In this document: piece after piece, positions 50,643 through 60,982 of the stretch
Position numbering within the stretch: position 1 is the first letter of the stretch
Layout: each line of letters opens with the position of its first letter
From: Candidatus Latescibacterota bacterium
Lineage (GTDB): Bacteria > Latescibacterota > UBA2968 > GCA-2709665
Direction of reading: 5' to 3'
Assembly: GCA_965116875.1 (NCBI GenBank)
Contig: OZ220733.1
Location: 224,001 to 288,000 of the forward strand
Length of the DNA stretch: 64,000 nucleotides
The notes under the pieces: model-generated
Database searches by the model: none
The model's input: only the letters and a program-made list of their open reading frames with translations
What the model was told of the DNA's origin: nothing
Program-made: the position numbers and the translations under genes

Positions 50643-51910
50643 TCACTTTGGGTACCGCCGCTCCGCCGGATCCACCCACCTTTCCAGAAAGTCGGTCCAT
50701 CCCGAGGGATACCAATTTACTCCTCGAAACCGCCGGCTGTACGCCGTTACGCCACGGCCCACAAAGAGAAACGTATACGGCTGCTCCTCGTGCAGGATTT
50801 CCTGGAACCTGCGGTAGAGTGAAATCCGCCGTTCAGTGTCAAACGTACGGCGATACCGTTCCAGTAACCGATCCGCCTCTTTATTCTCAAAACACGAATA
50901 ATTCCCGCCGTCCTCGACCTGCGACGAATGCCAACTCGAATAGAGGTAGAGAGGCACCGCCGGATGGCTTCCTCCACCTGAGAACAGCGCGTCGAACTCC
51001 CGCTCTCGCAGCCGCTCCAGGTAGATGGAACGATCGATTTCACGGACCCTGCATTCTACTCCCATGTCCGCGAGTTCGTCTTGTATGACCAGGCCGATGT
51101 CCTTGCTGAGTTGAGAACCTGCCGGTACCAGGAATTCAAACCTGAATGCGATCCTGACACCGTCCACATCCCGATCCAGAACACCGTCGCCGTCCGAATC
51201 GAGCCAGCCAGCCGCCTGAAGCAATTCCGCGGCAGGATCTCGGTCGTATTCGAGTGGTTTCAGGCCGGCGTAGTATCCCGGCCGGGTCATATGCACCGGT
51301 CCGTCGATGGTTACGCCAAGTCCATGGATCAGATCTCGAATAATGCTCTTGCGCGGCGTCAGATGCGTCATCGCCCTGCGGACCCGTCTATCGCGAAAAA
51401 TCGGATGGGTGTTGTTCCAGATGATGTAGTTGACACCGCTGGCGTATCGGATGACCATGAGAAAACGCGACGTAAATTCAGGCGACCAGCTTTTCTCCTT
51501 GAACGGCAGGGGATACATGTTCAAAACGTCCAGGTTTCCATTGGTCAGTTCGAGCAACGCGGCATCCGGATCTATTTTGAAAACAAGCTTGTCCACGTAC
51601 CCTGAGGGTGGAAGATCCTTCCTGCCGCTTCCCGAATGGTTCGGGTCACGGTCCAGAACGGCCTTCCCGGTTGACGCCGCATCTTCGACTGAAGATACCT
51701 GCACGTTGGAGCCGGGCCCCAGCACGCGGCGGTTGAAGTCCCTATTGAACCGCTCCGCGAAACGGCGGACCAGGTCGGCCAGCGGACCCGCTTCCCACGA
51801 ACCGTCGATGAGCGCCTCGATGGATACGCCATCCATCAACCCGTCGGGGTCGTAGAGGTGTTACGGTCCCGTCGAGCACCATCAGCCCCTGATCCTTGGC
51901 CGAAATCTCC
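50643..51910 (-). pseudogene. Truncated peptide ABC transporter substrate-binding protein (family 5)
   Basis: The C-half is recognisable (FRDRRVRRAM, AAELLQAAGW.DSDGDGVLD, EEQPYTFL). The signal peptide and N-half are missing, with an apparent frameshift near 51855. Confidence 0.65.
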
Positions 51911-52065
51911 TCTACTTTCTTCCATATTTCACCGGCGCCAGCCTCTACAACGAAAAAGCTGAGGAAATGCGTGTGAGCGAACAAGACCGTACTTGCAATT
52001 GGTGTGTTAATTGGATCCACCGATGAATGACAAGCTCTATCACTTTTGATCGCATGCTGGCAGTT

Positions 52066-53073
52066 TCATCTAAACTGTAGTATCAACTCGCTCAAATCCG
52101 CGATTTCGGTCTGTCGTAACCTCGTAGCATAGTCACGTAGAGCTGCAAGGAACCGGCGCTGGCGATCATCCAGGTGCAATTCCCGATACCGCATAATGTG
52201 ATCCCGAACGAATTCCAGGTCTCGGATAGTCTCTTCCACCAGCATTCTATTGGCTACGATCCAGGTGCGTTTCAATAGCGCCCTTAACACTTGGGTCGGG
52301 TCGTGTGGCGCTTCGGCCATTTCCGGCGATATTACATCCAAAGGGACTTCCCAATAGATTTTCTGCATTATGATTCGATGATATTCAAGGTGCTTGTCGT
52401 TCAAATGCGTTGTCTCGAACCGATCCTTTTCGGAACCCCGTAATCCATCGTGTTTACGTACTCTTACCAACGGCTGGCGTAAGACGCCTGCTTTATATCC
52501 AGCACGCGCGAGCCGTATCCACATATCGTAGTCCTGAGCGCGAATCAGCCTTTCATCATAGATTCCCACCCGATCATAACACTCTCGGCGAACGACAACT
52601 GAAACACCGCTGATGAAATTTCCGCTCAGGAGTTGACCCACCATTTCTGCTTCCGGATGTGCGGTAGCCTCTACCGTCTCGATCACGTTGTCCGCGTCGT
52701 TTCCTTCAAAAGACGCATATCCGCTATAAACGAACCCGACCTCGGGCTGCAATTTGAAAACCGATATGTGCGACTCTACCAGTTCAGGCAGCGCGACGTC
52801 ATCATCGTCAAAGACCCAGACATAGTTACCGGAGACGTGTTTGAGTCCTAGATTCAAGGCAGACGATTTGCCCCCGTTCGATTTTTCAGAGTACGATATT
52901 CGACCGAGAAAAGGCTCCAACTTCGTTTTCGTTTCATCAGTCGACCCGTCATTGACTACGATTACCTCGAGATTTCGATACGTCTGTGCCAAAACGCTTT
53001 CGAGCGACTCAACCAGATAGTTCGCCCTGTTGTAAGTTGGAATGATGACGGAAACCAAGTCTTGATGGCTCAT
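52066..53073 (-). CDS. Glycosyltransferase family 2
   Basis: VSVIIPTYNR, VVNDGSTD, NGGKSSALN.G, FDDDD and QDYDMW. Confidence 0.92.
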   Translation of the reverse strand: MSHQDLVSVIIPTYNRANYLVESLESVLAQTYRNLEVIVVNDGSTDETKTKLEPFLGRISYSEKSNGGKSSALNLGLKHVSGNYVWVFDDDDVALPELVESHISVFKLQPEVGFVYSGYASFEGNDADNVIETVEATAHPEAEMVGQLLSGNFISGVSVVVRRECYDRVGIYDERLIRAQDYDMWIRLARAGYKAGVLRQPLVRVRKHDGLRGSEKDRFETTHLNDKHLEYHRIIMQKIYWEVPLDVISPEMAEAPHDPTQVLRALLKRTWIVANRMLVEETIRDLEFVRDHIMRYRELHLDDRQRRFLAALRDYATRLRQTEIADLSELILQFR

Positions 53074-53738
53074 GGTCAACACGAAATACGCCCCCGGCGG
53101 TACCGGAGGCGCATTTGGAAAATGGACCTTGTGCGAAGTGCAGGCAAACGGTCGGTTCGGCTTACAAACTGCTCGGGAGATGACGATGCAAAGTCAGCAT
53201 GGAAAGAATACCGCGAGCCTTCAAGCCTCTTCTCTGCAGCCCAGAACTCCTGTGTTTTTAATCTCTCGTTACAAGCATCGGAAATCACACCCATGCTAGA
53301 ATTCTGATCATACATAACGTCTAAGTAAGCTACTTACCCTTTACTTTGCAACCGCCGGCGCTCTTTGGGAGCGTCTCGTTCACGCCAACTCGATACCCAT
53401 CCGCCAGTCTGTGATTGAAAGCCTGCGGCTCAGTTTGCTCAATTTGATGGAACCGTGGGAACCACATCCGGCAGAATATAGGCCGGAAGGCTCGAACTGT
53501 CAAGTACAGGTTAGGGAATATAAAATAGCGCCGTTTTTCAACAGAACCGGGGCGTTCTTGCGATTCTGACGGAAAACGACAACGAGCCGCTATCGCAAGA
53601 AAGCGGACCGGTCGGAGCAGTTCATTCATCTAAGGCGAGGAATAACTAGACTGGATGCCGAATGGATGTGATGTGCAGAATTGCACCGCATTGTATCGGA
53701 AAGGCGTCCCACCCTTGTATCTCGCGACCGGAATGCAA

Positions 53739-54320
53739 TCAACCACGGGCGTCCGCCCTGACCCAGGTCTCGGGGACCCGGAGTTTCCATCTTGTGATCA
53801 AGCGCGTCGACTCAAGCGCCGGATCAAGTATGACCTGACCCTTGGTGAGACGTTCCCGGCAGGGCTCGACCTGCAGGGCGCCATCGGAGTGACTTTCGGC
53901 AAGAAACCGAGCCACTTGAACACTGCGGCGTTTCCGAGACGTGCGGCATAGCTGAGAAGCGCGTCGTCGTTGCGGTTATTGCAGGTAAGGAACGTCGACT
54001 AGGAGTCGGCAACGTGCTGGATTCCTCCGCCCAGGGGCGGATCATCCAGAATGTCGACCATCGTGGGTTGGATGTTGGAGACGAGGATCCCGCCATTGCC
54101 GTGCCAGATTGCTCTGGTACCAAAAATCCTCCCTTCGTCGATATGTTTCAGACTGGACCGTAAGCCCTCGAGTCGCACGGATTTCTTGCGACGCCAGGGC
54201 AACAATATCGTTGAAAGTGTGCTCGGTAAGGTCCCAGTGCTCCACGGCACAGCGCTCTCCGATATAGGCCGGATCGAAAAAGCAGAGTGCCAGAATCCAA
54301 GGATAACAAAGTCATAATAT
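53739..54320 (-). pseudogene. AbiEi-like (type IV TA) antitoxin/regulator pseudogene
   Basis: Fragments across several frames: FDPAYIG, EHWDLTE, IFGTRAIW, VDILDDPPLGGGIQHVADS*, YAARLGNAAVFKWLGFL and CRERLTKG..LDPAL...RWKLRVP. Confidence 0.6.
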
Positions 54321-54569
54321 TCATCCCTTGACCACCAGCAGATATCCCCCAGTCTCCCCTCCTGAACACGTTTGACCCTTTCTGTGAAAATATGGTCCCG
54401 CTAACCTGAGTTCTCGGATCTGTATGCACCACGGATTCTCAATGTTTAACAGCAGCCGAATCTGAAAGACTCAATAATGCGCTGACGACTTACCGAAGAA
54501 ACGCATCCGCCGCCAGCGCACCATAGATTGTGCATCCTGCCTCCATGGTGAACCATTGATTTCAGATAA

Positions 54570-55781
54570 TCAGTGAATGCCCAGGTTCTGCCAGAAGATG
54601 CCCCACGCGAACCAGAATCCGTTGTGGGAGGGCAATTGAGTCAGCTGCCCGCCCTCGTGGGTCCCGTCCACGCCCTCGCCCTTCAGGTTCCACGTTGTCC
54701 CGGTCTCGTTGTCTTTGACCATGAATGGATAGGCGCTGTCGGTCGAATTCACCTTCCCGAACGTCAATGTGGTCTCCTGTCCGTTCACGCTGATCTCTCG
54801 GGAGAAGGGAACGGCCAACTGGGCGTCCCGGTAGAAGACCACCAAGACGGGATGTTGTCTGGGTCCTTCAACGATCGTGTCGTTGATGACGTCCTCGTCG
54901 TGCATGGCCTGGAAGGGATAGGCCTTGACCATCTCCCCGAATCGGACACCCATGGCCAGATCCTTTGCGCCAAAGAGAACCGACGTGTCTGTGTCCATTT
55001 TCGGAAATATGAAATACCCGTTTTCCGTCCGATAATCCAGACCCCGGTCGATATACGGATACTGAGTGTACTGACTGACCGGATAGCCGGCTCCGTTTGC
55101 GTCGATCACACGGGTATCCGGATGTATCCGCTTCCAGTATTCCCAGGTGCACTCGGTCATTGGCAGCAGTTCCAGTTCCTCGCCCTGCCGGGGGCCCAGA
55201 ACGGCCTTGTAGATCATCTGCGGGTATAGCGACTGCCTGTCCCGGCGGTCGTACATGATCAGGTTGTTGTTGAACAGCAATCCGGACACGCCAACGTGTA
55301 TGCGTTCGCCATCGGCGGCCACGCCGTTGAAGACCATACCGGTGCCGGTCAGCGGACAGAGCGTCACAATCACGCTCTCGTCACCGGCCGTATCGTTTAT
55401 GACTTCGTGCCACCAGCCGATGTTGTGAGGATAGGCCCTGGGTTCTCCGTTGATCACGATTCCCATGACGATATCGTCGTCCCGCAGATACCCCGCTCCC
55501 GAGGCGCCGGGACTGACGAAATCCGGATCGGTCACCGCCGGTATGCAATCGGCGCCCGCACATCCCGAAGTGATCGCGTCCAACGGGAATGAATCCACGT
55601 CCAGATAATTGCCGCCGGCACGCGGTGGACGTGCATGCTCGCTGCGGCTGCCCGGAGCAGTACCGGAACCTCCGCCGCCGGTACCTTCGGTTGGACCGCT
55701 TATGTTGCCGCCGCCGTCGTTCCCGCCGCAGGCCGCAATCAGCAGAGCGAGAATCAAGGAAAACGAAAGGAATCGCTTCAT
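54570..55781 (-). CDS. DUF3179-family lipoprotein
   Basis: Lipobox IAAC; DCIPAV.DP.F, PRAYP, HEVIND, TLCPLTGTG, GVSGLLFNNNLIMYDR and FWFAW. Confidence 0.85.
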   Translation of the reverse strand: MKRFLSFSLILALLIAACGGNDGGGNISGPTEGTGGGGSGTAPGSRSEHARPPRAGGNYLDVDSFPLDAITSGCAGADCIPAVTDPDFVSPGASGAGYLRDDDIVMGIVINGEPRAYPHNIGWWHEVINDTAGDESVIVTLCPLTGTGMVFNGVAADGERIHVGVSGLLFNNNLIMYDRRDRQSLYPQMIYKAVLGPRQGEELELLPMTECTWEYWKRIHPDTRVIDANGAGYPVSQYTQYPYIDRGLDYRTENGYFIFPKMDTDTSVLFGAKDLAMGVRFGEMVKAYPFQAMHDEDVINDTIVEGPRQHPVLVVFYRDAQLAVPFSREISVNGQETTLTFGKVNSTDSAYPFMVKDNETGTTWNLKGEGVDGTHEGGQLTQLPSHNGFWFAWGIFWQNLGIH

Positions 55782-55995
55782 TCCGGACCTCCATCAGGGG
55801 TCGCAAAGGGGGTCGCAAATCCGAGAGACGGAATAATATACCCTGTACCGGACCAATTGTAAACCTTCCCGTTTGAGAGTGACGGAACCGGGCTGACAGG
55901 AATATCTGCCCCACCCTGTCGAACTCCGCAAGATCCCCCGGCGGGCGTTCACCGAATTCCATCGGCCTCAGACCACCACTTCATTGGCGCGTTCC

Positions 55996-56024
55996 TTGAC
56001 TAAATTCCAACTTCGATATATTTT
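55996..56024 (+). promoter_or_regulatory. Sigma70-like promoter for the membrane-protein gene
   Basis: TTGACT-17 nt-TATTTT about 65 nt upstream of the ATG at 56090. Confidence 0.4.
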
Positions 56025-56089
56025 ATGCACCCCACAGACAACCCCGTCGTCCATCGGGCGCCTATTGAATCTAACAACAATCCCACCAG

Positions 56090-58081
56090 ATGGCACTCCC
56101 AAAACCGCAGGAACCCTTCATAGAATCGCAAGCCGACCACCGGGACCGGGGCATCACGCTCCGCGCGGTGGGAATCGGCGTGCTCGTCTCCGCCCTCAGC
56201 AGCGGCTGGGTCGCCTACTCCCGCACCGCGGCGGATACGTCTGCCGTCAATATCACCCACCTGCCCGTTTCCTTTTTCGCCGTCTTCGTTGTCGTCCTCA
56301 CGATCAACCTGATCCTTCGCAGTAGGCCCGGTTCGTCCGGTCTGGGTCCCTCGGAAATGCTCACGATCATTGCAATGGGCCTCGTCGCCGCAATGATCCC
56401 CGCGAGGGGCCTCACCGGCATCTGGCTCGGCCTGATGGCGGTGCCGTACTATCGAAGCACCCCCGAAAACGGCTGGATCGACTACGTACAGCCTCACCTC
56501 CCGGACTATCTGTTTCCAACCAACGACGGCAATCAGACGACCCTGCTTTACGAAGGCCTGCCGGGCGGCGCGGCGATACCCTGGAACGTCTGGTATCTTC
56601 CGCTGTTCTGGTGGCTCACGCTCATTCTCGCGGGATTCACGGTTTGCGCCTGCATCACGGTGATACTCCGAAGGCAGTGGGTAGAGTACGAACGCCTGGA
56701 CTACCCGCTGCTGGCGCCCATCCTGGAAACCATCGACGACGTCCACGACACCTCGGGCGGAAACAAGTGGCCTGACTACTTCAAGGGCCGTCTGTTCTGG
56801 ATCGGCTTCGGGATCGCCTTCGGCATCATCGGCTGGAACATGATCTCGTATTTCCAGCCCACGTGGCCGCGCATCAGCATGAGTCCCAACAAGGGCCTGT
56901 TCTATTTCGCCAGGGTTTTTCCGCCGCTGCTCACCCACATCAATACGTACACCATCGGCTTCGGCTATTTCGTGAAACTGGAAATCCTCTTTTCAATATG
57001 GTTCTTCCACTTCCTGCTGATGTCCGAAATCGCGCTGATCCGCAAGACCGGCTTTCAGTTCGGCCGCATGCACCAGTCCGGCGGCGGGTGGGGCGATCCG
57101 CTCGTCCAGTGGCAGTGCCTGGGCGCGTTGTTCGTCTTCGTGGGATGGGGATTCTGGGCGGCGCGACACCACCTCAGGGACGTGTTCCGCAAAGCCTTTT
57201 TCAACGAACCGGGCGTGGACGATTCCAGGGAGATGCTCTCGTACCGCACGGCCGTCATCGGCTTCATCGCGGGCAACCTCTACATTGTCGCATGGCTGCA
57301 CCAGGCGGGGATCGAGCTGGCGTTGATGGCCATCACCGTTCCGGCATCCATCATCATCTACATCGCGCTTGCCAGATTCGTCTGCGAGTCCGGCACCCTG
57401 TACCTGGGCCTGCCCACCAGCCCCCTGGATATGGGCTATCAGATCCTGGGCACGGAGACCATATCCGCGCGGGTCCTTACCGCCTCGGCCACGTCGCACG
57501 CCCTGCGGTGGATGTATTTCATGCCGGCGCTCACCCAGGGCGCAAAGGCCATCGACCGCGTGAAAGGCAACCGCCGCGTACTGTTCTGGGCCGTACTCGG
57601 GGGCCTGCTCACCGCGCTGGCCGTGAACGTCTGGATGGTGCTCTATCTCGGATACAGATTCGGCGCGTTCAACTTCACGGAGTACCCCTTCACGAGATAC
57701 GCGCCGCGCCTCTACGACGCCGTTGTCGCGAATATCAAATCGCCTGAACCCGCCTCGTGGGAACGTCTGGTGCTGTTCGGGTTCGGAGGCATCCTGATGG
57801 CGGCCTTCACGCTCCTGCGTTACCGGCTTCCGTGGTGGCCCCTGCATCCCGTGGGCTTCATCGTGACCACGACCAGCCTGCTGCACGAAATCACCGCCAT
57901 CCTCATCGTCTGGCTGTTCAAGGCCATCGTCATGCGCGTTGGCGGCGTACAGCTGTATCGCTATTTCCGGCCCCTCTTTTTCGGAATCATCGTGGGACGG
58001 GCCACGGGCGTTCTGGTCTCCTTCATCGTCGACCTGATCTGGTTTCCCGGCGGCGGCCACCACGTCCACGGCTGGGCGTAA
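56090..58081 (+). CDS. DUF6785/DUF6784-like polytopic membrane protein (putative transporter)
   Basis: GITLRAV, ILRRQWVEYERLDYPL, RLPWWPLHPVGF and GGVQLYR..RPLFFG; many TM helices. Confidence 0.75.
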   Translation: MALPKPQEPFIESQADHRDRGITLRAVGIGVLVSALSSGWVAYSRTAADTSAVNITHLPVSFFAVFVVVLTINLILRSRPGSSGLGPSEMLTIIAMGLVAAMIPARGLTGIWLGLMAVPYYRSTPENGWIDYVQPHLPDYLFPTNDGNQTTLLYEGLPGGAAIPWNVWYLPLFWWLTLILAGFTVCACITVILRRQWVEYERLDYPLLAPILETIDDVHDTSGGNKWPDYFKGRLFWIGFGIAFGIIGWNMISYFQPTWPRISMSPNKGLFYFARVFPPLLTHINTYTIGFGYFVKLEILFSIWFFHFLLMSEIALIRKTGFQFGRMHQSGGGWGDPLVQWQCLGALFVFVGWGFWAARHHLRDVFRKAFFNEPGVDDSREMLSYRTAVIGFIAGNLYIVAWLHQAGIELALMAITVPASIIIYIALARFVCESGTLYLGLPTSPLDMGYQILGTETISARVLTASATSHALRWMYFMPALTQGAKAIDRVKGNRRVLFWAVLGGLLTALAVNVWMVLYLGYRFGAFNFTEYPFTRYAPRLYDAVVANIKSPEPASWERLVLFGFGGILMAAFTLLRYRLPWWPLHPVGFIVTTTSLLHEITAILIVWLFKAIVMRVGGVQLYRYFRPLFFGIIVGRATGVLVSFIVDLIWFPGGGHHVHGWA

Positions 58082-58184
58082 TGTCGACCTGCGCGCCCAT
58101 TTTCCGGACCCACCTTGACAGTTCTCCTCGTTTCCGCGTTATTTTTCTTCGAAAACTGCCGGGTATTCTACGGAGGAGTTGCCC

Positions 58185-59960
58185 ATGCGAAAAAGCGTTT
58201 CGTTTTTTTTAGCGGTTGCTGTTGTGGGTTTGAATTCCCCGGCCCTGGCGCAGAACGAGGGGCCATTGCTCTACGACTTTCCCCACGAAGTCAGCCCCTT
58301 TGACGAAATGGGCGGGCTGCCGGGGGCCGCGATGTTCGACTACGACAACGACGGCGACCTGGACATCTACGTCGCAAACGGTCAGGGCTTTCGCAACTAC
58401 CTGCTCGAAAACGACGGGAGCGGCAATTTCAGGGATGTCTCCAGGGAGGCAGGCGTCGCTGTCGAGCGTGAAACCCATGGCGTGGCCAGCGCCGATATCG
58501 ACAACGACGGCGACGCGGACCTCTTCGCGGCCACGGACGGGCACAACTATCTCTTTCTGAACAACGGCGATGGGACATTCAGGGACATCACGGAATCCGC
58601 AGGGATCATCTCCAACTATTTCTCATCGACCGTTGCGTTCGCGGACGTGGACAACGACGGCTACGTGGACATCTACGTGGGCGGCGCGGGAGGCGAGGAT
58701 GGCGTTGAGAGGAACCGAATTGTGGGCACAGGGGAACTCTATCTCAACAACGGAGACCTCACGTTCACGGACGTTACCGACGAAACCGGCACGGAGGGGA
58801 CGTACACCTGGTCCGCCCGCTTCTGCGACTACGACGACGACGGGGATCCCGACCTGTTCACCGCCAACGACCAGGGCATCGCGCTTGCGGGCGAATGGTC
58901 TCCCGTACGGCTTCACAGAAACGATGGCGATCTGAGGTTCACCGACGTCACCCGGGAGTCCGGCCTGGGCATCACCGGAAGCTGGATGGGGCTTGCGTTC
59001 GGAGACTACGACCTGGACGGCGACTTCGACCTTTTCGCCACCAACGTCGGCGGTTCGTTTGTGGACAAAAAGGGACATCAGGAATACGATCTGCACGGGT
59101 TCTTCCGCAATGACGGGGGTGTGTTCCGGAACATCGCGGAGGAACTGAAAGTGTCACAGAACAACACATTGGCTGAATTGCACTTCGGCTGGGGCACGGT
59201 CTTTACGGATTTCGACAACGACGGGGACCTGGATCTGTACTTCGTGGGCAACTTCGAGATGCTCGAAGCATATCTCAATCCGGGCTACCTTCTGATCAAC
59301 GACGGCGCCGGCGCGTTCGCCGATTCCACGGCGCGCTTCGGTCTCAAGACGATTGACGGCACCGGCACGAACTCGATCGCGGTGGGCGTCGCTACCGGCG
59401 ACGTGAACGACGACGGCCACGTGGATATTTTCGTCGCCAACGCCGGAACGGATTTCCGGACCGGCTATCCGATGTTGTTTACGGAAAAATTCGACGACAA
59501 CAACTGGATCCGCCTCAAACTGGAAGGTACGGAAAGCAACCGGTCGGCCATCGGCGCCAGAATCCGTCTCTTCGCGGGCGGCAGGATCCAGATCCGCGAC
59601 GTCGCAAGCGGGGGGAGCAGTTTCTCGCAGAACAGCCTGTGGCCCACGTTCGGCATTGGCGAGAACGCCGTTATTGACTCCATCGAAATCCGATGGCCCA
59701 GCGGAATCGTCCAGACAATCCGAGACATCGAGCCGAACCGGACGCTGGAGGTTCTGGAAGAGCGTCCGCCTCCGGTGGTTGTCTACGCCAATCCCCGGGC
59801 TGATTTCAATGGCGACGGCAGGGTCGATTTCGCCGATTTCGTCGCCCTGGCCAGTGCATTCAGCACGGACGACCCGACCTACGATCTGGACGGAAACAAC
59901 GTGGTCGACTTCTCCGACTTCATCGAATTTGCGAAATCATTCGGTCGTCCGCTGCCGTGA
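58185..59960 (+). CDS. CRTAC1-family FG-GAP/ASPIC-UnbV protein with C-terminal dockerin/EF-hand-like domain
   Basis: Signal peptide; repeated DxDNDGDxDL; SNRSAIGARI, IEIRWPSG; tail ADFNGDGRVDFADF...DLDGNNVVDFSDF. Confidence 0.88.
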   Translation: MRKSVSFFLAVAVVGLNSPALAQNEGPLLYDFPHEVSPFDEMGGLPGAAMFDYDNDGDLDIYVANGQGFRNYLLENDGSGNFRDVSREAGVAVERETHGVASADIDNDGDADLFAATDGHNYLFLNNGDGTFRDITESAGIISNYFSSTVAFADVDNDGYVDIYVGGAGGEDGVERNRIVGTGELYLNNGDLTFTDVTDETGTEGTYTWSARFCDYDDDGDPDLFTANDQGIALAGEWSPVRLHRNDGDLRFTDVTRESGLGITGSWMGLAFGDYDLDGDFDLFATNVGGSFVDKKGHQEYDLHGFFRNDGGVFRNIAEELKVSQNNTLAELHFGWGTVFTDFDNDGDLDLYFVGNFEMLEAYLNPGYLLINDGAGAFADSTARFGLKTIDGTGTNSIAVGVATGDVNDDGHVDIFVANAGTDFRTGYPMLFTEKFDDNNWIRLKLEGTESNRSAIGARIRLFAGGRIQIRDVASGGSSFSQNSLWPTFGIGENAVIDSIEIRWPSGIVQTIRDIEPNRTLEVLEERPPPVVVYANPRADFNGDGRVDFADFVALASAFSTDDPTYDLDGNNVVDFSDFIEFAKSFGRPLP

Positions 59961-59962
59961 CG

Positions 59963-59992
59963 AAAAATCCCGGCGGAAAATCCGCCGGGTTT
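59963..59992. terminator. Bidirectional terminator between convergent genes
   Basis: aaaaat-cccggcgga-aaa-tccgccggg-ttt. Confidence 0.65.
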
Positions 59993-60028
59993 GAGAAGCC
60001 GCGGGGAATCCTCTCCTGCATCCGGGCC

Positions 60029-60958
60029 TCAGGGTTCCTCGACGATAACGAAGCCAAGAGAATCCACGGATGCGGACCCGAAGAGTCCGATCCCGCCCTC
60101 CACGTTGAAGAGCGGCTGCCTGAAGTTCTCGCCCGCGAGCCCGCCGTACCAGCTCTGCTGCGCCTCCGGCCCCGAGCGCACGTAGTCGTACCAGTTCCTG
60201 TCCACCGCGTAAATCCGCATCAGGTGACGCCCTGTGTAGTAGATCGCGAACCAGGGCAGCCTGACGCTTCCCTCGGTCGACTCGATCGCCGGTGAACTTC
60301 CCGTTCGTTCCGGCGATTCCTCGGATATTTCCCTTGCGACTTCCTCGGCATCTGCGTCCAGGCTGGCAATGCCGACCTGATAACCGGGAACGTCGATCGG
60401 ATCAAACCTGGCTTCGAGAAACCCGGCCTTGTACACAACTCTGTTTTCCGGAATGCGAAAGACGCCGTCCTCCACTTCGGCGAACGTCTTCAGTCTCCGC
60501 TGAACCGATTCGGTCTCCTGATCCAGAACCACGCCCTCCCGCACCCGGAACGCACCGGGCGTGAACGTCGTCGCCCTTGCCGTCGTGTCGTTTGCGGTTA
60601 CGACCAGGACGTACTCTGTTTCGGGGGCAACCACCGGAGGTCCGGCCGGAGGCGAATACTGAAACGGACCCGCATCCGGATCCCGGACGTACCGAAAGAC
60701 CAGGTCCGCCTGCCGTATCTCGACAACCGCATCCGGCACCACGGCGTGCCTCGGGCTTTCACCATCGCCTGCCGCCACCGTCTGCGTCACGAATATCGGG
60801 GGAAGAGGCCGGCCCACAATCAACAGACCGTCAATCACGAGTTTGCCCGCCGCGTCCGGGCCGAACAACGATTCGGGCGTCCGTTCTGCATGGCATGCCG
60901 CGACCAACAGGCAGGATGCGACCCTCAAAGCCAACGTGACGGCATTCCGCGTTATCAT
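60029..60958 (-). CDS. DUF4249-like lipoprotein (TBDR partner)
   Basis: Lipobox VAAC, LVIDGLLIVG and FNVEGGIGLFGS; directly downstream of a TBDR. Confidence 0.75.
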   Translation of the reverse strand: MITRNAVTLALRVASCLLVAACHAERTPESLFGPDAAGKLVIDGLLIVGRPLPPIFVTQTVAAGDGESPRHAVVPDAVVEIRQADLVFRYVRDPDAGPFQYSPPAGPPVVAPETEYVLVVTANDTTARATTFTPGAFRVREGVVLDQETESVQRRLKTFAEVEDGVFRIPENRVVYKAGFLEARFDPIDVPGYQVGIASLDADAEEVAREISEESPERTGSSPAIESTEGSVRLPWFAIYYTGRHLMRIYAVDRNWYDYVRSGPEAQQSWYGGLAGENFRQPLFNVEGGIGLFGSASVDSLGFVIVEEP

Positions 60959-60982
60959 AGGTTCACCGGACCCGTTTCGATT

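Noticed and set aside
54570-55781. Selenoprotein status of DUF3179
   Set aside because: No in-frame TGA; the ORF is continuous with Cys codons.
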